28,433 nucleotides of DNA from Candidatus Latescibacterota bacterium (GTDB lineage Bacteria; Latescibacterota; UBA2968; UBA8231), in assembly GCA_965242865.1 (NCBI GenBank), contig CBDETK010000004.1:1-28433 (forward strand), written 5' to 3'. The position numbers were made by a program, and so were the translations under genes. The notes below the pieces were generated by a model that searched no databases, was not told the DNA's origin, and saw nothing but the letters and a program-made list of their open reading frames with translations. Of the stretch, positions 26,015 through 28,433 are shown piece after piece. The first letter of the stretch is position 1. Each line of letters begins with the position of its first letter.

Positions 26015-26581
26015 CTACAACGCGGCGTGAAGGGGACGCAAGGGCCCCAACAGCCGATCTAACGCACGAAAATCATTCGGCAGGCCCCCGCCGTTGTATA
26101 GCTGCCGCACCAGCAAGACCAACGCCTGCGCCAGCACCGTATCTTTGGGACGACGACCCAGCGTCAACCCGAGGGTCACATTCAGACGCCAGCGCAGATC
26201 CCGAGCATGGGCCGGCCACCCGGCCGGCGGCGCGTTCACGACAACAACATCCGTCGTCGGCGTCACCGTCGTCTCCACATCACCCCAATCATCCGTTTCA
26301 ATCCACTCTCCCTCCGAAGAAGGAGAGAAATACGCGATGCTCTGAAGACTCTTGAACCCTCGCGCCTCAAACACGAGCGCATTCATAGCGCCCATGGGCG
26401 GGTTCGTCGTAAGAACACTCGCCCTATCCACCAGCGGGTAGTCTATGCTTGCCTCGACCCACCCCACCGCCGACGCCAACTGATCCAACAGAAGCGTATC
26501 GTGGTAGGTCTCGTCCACCGCTAAACGCAATTCTAAGCGCAAGCGATCTAACGAGCATATATCGGTAGGCTGAGCGACCAT
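26015..26581 (-). CDS. Head-tail connector (HK97 gp6 / SPP1 gp15-like)
   Basis: 'SLDRLRLELRL......DTLL....SA..WVE' and 'QALVLLVRQLY' motifs. Confidence 0.88.
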   Translation of the reverse strand: MVAQPTDICSLDRLRLELRLAVDETYHDTLLLDQLASAVGWVEASIDYPLVDRASVLTTNPPMGAMNALVFEARGFKSLQSIAYFSPSSEGEWIETDDWGDVETTVTPTTDVVVVNAPPAGWPAHARDLRWRLNVTLGLTLGRRPKDTVLAQALVLLVRQLYNGGGLPNDFRALDRLLGPLRPLHAAL

Positions 26582-26587
26582 AGAGCG

Positions 26588-27001
26588 TTAGGAGCGCGTA
26601 GGCTTAGGCTTGGGACGCTTAGCGTCGCGGGTCTCCACCTCGACGCCCTGCCGACGCGCAAGCTCGACCAATTTTCGTGACGTATCTCGATGCGCCAACA
26701 GACCCACGTCATGGATTCGCAACAAATTAACCAGCATCTCTTCCTCCGTTTCTTGGCGCACCGCCAGACCGCGCGACACCATATCGTCCACCTCAGAGGC
26801 CGGGACCAGCACTAACTGACCGCGCTTATACGGACAGCCCCCCGGGGCCACCCAATGGGTACGAAGGCGCACCCGCTCCAGCGGAATATCCGCCTTGCGC
26901 TTCTCACCCTCCAAGCGGTGCTCCTCCAACTGGGCGATCTCGGCTTGGCGGCGACGCGCTTGCTCGCGAGCCGCCGCCTCCTTCATCGTCATCGTAGGCA
27001 T
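26588..27001 (-). CDS. Hypothetical capsid-adjacent protein (137 aa)
   Basis: GAGGAGAGGGG RBS; 'YKRGQLV.VP......MVSRGLA' motif is seen in small post-capsid phage proteins. Confidence 0.7.
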   Translation of the reverse strand: MPTMTMKEAAAREQARRRQAEIAQLEEHRLEGEKRKADIPLERVRLRTHWVAPGGCPYKRGQLVLVPASEVDDMVSRGLAVRQETEEEMLVNLLRIHDVGLLAHRDTSRKLVELARRQGVEVETRDAKRPKPKPTRS

Positions 27002-27016
27002 ACCCCTCTCCTCTCT

Positions 27017-27137
27017 GTTTCAATCGTTTCAATCCACTCCCGACTTAGCCCTCGGGAGAACGGGGCTTACGCTAAGGCTACTGCGCCTTGATCTTCAACT
27101 TGTTTCAATCCACTCCCGACTTAGCCCTCGGGAGAAC
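27017..27137 (-). CRISPR. Repeat-spacer-repeat unit after the capsid gene, plus a 9-nt repeat remnant
   Basis: Two identical 36-mers GTTCTCCCGAGGGCTAAGTCGGGAGTGGATTGAAAC (- strand; 27102-27137 and 27026-27061) separated by 40 nt; extra GATTGAAAC at 27017-27025. Confidence 0.8.
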
Positions 27138-27153
27138 TGGGCTTACGCCCGCC

Positions 27154-28433
27154 CTACTGCGCCTTGATCTTCAGTTTGACGATCGCCTCACAAACCGCGC
27201 CGTCTTTGACGCCGATATACCGCCCGTCCAAGCGAGCAAACGCAACGACTTTCTCCGAAAAGTTGGACGCCGTGCCGCTATCCCAGAAGCGGAAAAACAG
27301 CATGCCGTTGACCATACGCTCCATGTAATAGCTGCCATTGCCGAAGACCAGCGGGTACGTGTTATCCCCCACGTCATCCATGTTCGGATTCAACTGGTAC
27401 GGATAGCCCAAGATCGTGCCCGGCGTACCATCCCGAAGGCTCGGCAACCAGATCGGATTATCCTGCGTGTCCTTGATCTTCGTCACGGTCTTGAGCGCAT
27501 CGTAACTCATGCCCCAACCAATACGACCCCCTTCCTCGGTCGTAAAGCCGTACATGGGGTCCTCGCGCCCTTCCTTGTACGCCGGATCAATCGCGTAGAC
27601 CATATCAACGATGTCGTCAAAGCCAATCGTGCGCGACGCCGCACTCGTCAGCCCCTCTTTCGCGCCCGTGACCAACCCCTCCGGCTTCGTATCCGCCGCA
27701 CCCGACGCCGTGGTGACCGTCAACTCCTTGTTCTTCAAGCGAGCGATACGCGCCAAGCAGATGTCCTGCATCTCGGGGATACCGCCATTCTCCAAGATGG
27801 TATCCGTCTCAAACTCCATCGTGATCGGGATGAAATCGGACGTATAGGTGTGCGCCTTCAGGACCAGCGTAGTGATGTTCGGCGCATCCACATCGTTGAT
27901 AGCCGAACCCTCCGCCGACAAGCGACGACCCATCTGAGCGGTCGGATCCATCTGCATAATGCGGATGTCTTGCCCGGTCTCTGTAATGCGCGTCCGAACA
28001 AAGCTGCCCCACCCGCCAAAAGCCTTCAGACGGTGTACCAGCCAGTTGGGATACTGAACGGCTATCGACTCTTGCCCCGTAGCCGCATCGCCCGCCACCA
28101 ACCCCACCAGCGGAACGCGCGTTGCCGCCACCACAGGCGCCTTCACAAACAAGGGCGTCGGCGACTTCCACTGCGTGCTCTGCCACCCCTCAAGGTCGCT
28201 CCCATGCAGCTTGTGAAACTCGGCCATGCTCTCTTCAGACGACTGCAACCCCTCGTCCCGAAGACCACCCCCCTGCGACATCTTGCCCGCAAAATAGTTC
28301 TTCCAACGCATACTATCATGCGTTCGCAACGCCATCGGATCGGGCAACCGATTCTCAGGACGCAACCGCTCCAACGCATCCAAGTCGCCGCGCAAGCTGT
28401 CCAACCGACGACCGAGGAACCCGTGCTCGTAGT
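27154..28433 (-). CDS. Major capsid protein, HK97 family (5' end probably beyond the window)
   Basis: 'KPEGL', 'KIKDTQDNPIWLPSLRDGTPGTILGYPY..NPNM', 'LVFGNGS.Y' and 'FARLDG' motifs. Confidence 0.95.
   Translation of the reverse strand, partial: YEHGFLGRRLDSLRGDLDALERLRPENRLPDPMALRTHDSMRWKNYFAGKMSQGGGLRDEGLQSSEESMAEFHKLHGSDLEGWQSTQWKSPTPLFVKAPVVAATRVPLVGLVAGDAATGQESIAVQYPNWLVHRLKAFGGWGSFVRTRITETGQDIRIMQMDPTAQMGRRLSAEGSAINDVDAPNITTLVLKAHTYTSDFIPITMEFETDTILENGGIPEMQDICLARIARLKNKELTVTTASGAADTKPEGLVTGAKEGLTSAASRTIGFDDIVDMVYAIDPAYKEGREDPMYGFTTEEGGRIGWGMSYDALKTVTKIKDTQDNPIWLPSLRDGTPGTILGYPYQLNPNMDDVGDNTYPLVFGNGSYYMERMVNGMLFFRFWDSGTASNFSEKVVAFARLDGRYIGVKDGAVCEAIVKLKIKAQ

Noticed and set aside
1-28433. 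cas genes accompanying the repeats
   Set aside because: No ORF shows Cas1/2/3/5/6/7, RuvC or HEPN signatures that I recognise. The HNH proteins are ~195-aa free-standing types. Genes outside the window cannot be excluded.
1-28433. Specific host assignment (e.g. a sponge symbiont lineage)
   Set aside because: The ankyrin gene is only suggestive; assignment needs repeat or spacer matching against genomes, which I cannot run.

Overview
This is a 28.4 kb fragment of a tailed dsDNA phage (siphovirus-like, HK97-type capsid). Positions 1-5.6 kb are a + strand early/accessory operon: ankyrin protein, small RHH-like protein, Dam-like methyltransferase, frameshifted SSB-like gene, coiled-coil membrane protein, HTH protein and hypotheticals. 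Positions 5.7-28.4 kb are a - strand virion module: capsid, head-tail proteins, tail tube, endolysin, fibre, holin candidate, chaperones, tape measure, distal tail and a 2192-aa tail-tip protein. Two antisense HNH cassettes interrupt this module. The main non-coding signal is nine CRISPR-repeat-like units (hairpin + GTGGATTG, usually continuing AAA[C/T]) at five loci, with no cas gene in the window. One locus is a mini-array with its own promoter-like motif and terminator (12337-12576); its first spacer matches the adjacent tail gene at 30/35, including two synonymous differences. A second repeat-spacer-repeat unit after the capsid gene carries a synonymously recoded copy of the capsid 3' end. 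I infer a host-Cas-dependent system aimed at close relatives of this phage. Six units also show a covarying pseudoknot-like 5' extension. Both HNH genes share a covarying structured 5' leader and end in a beta-clamp-like motif. All product calls come from reading motifs and synteny by eye; no database search was run.
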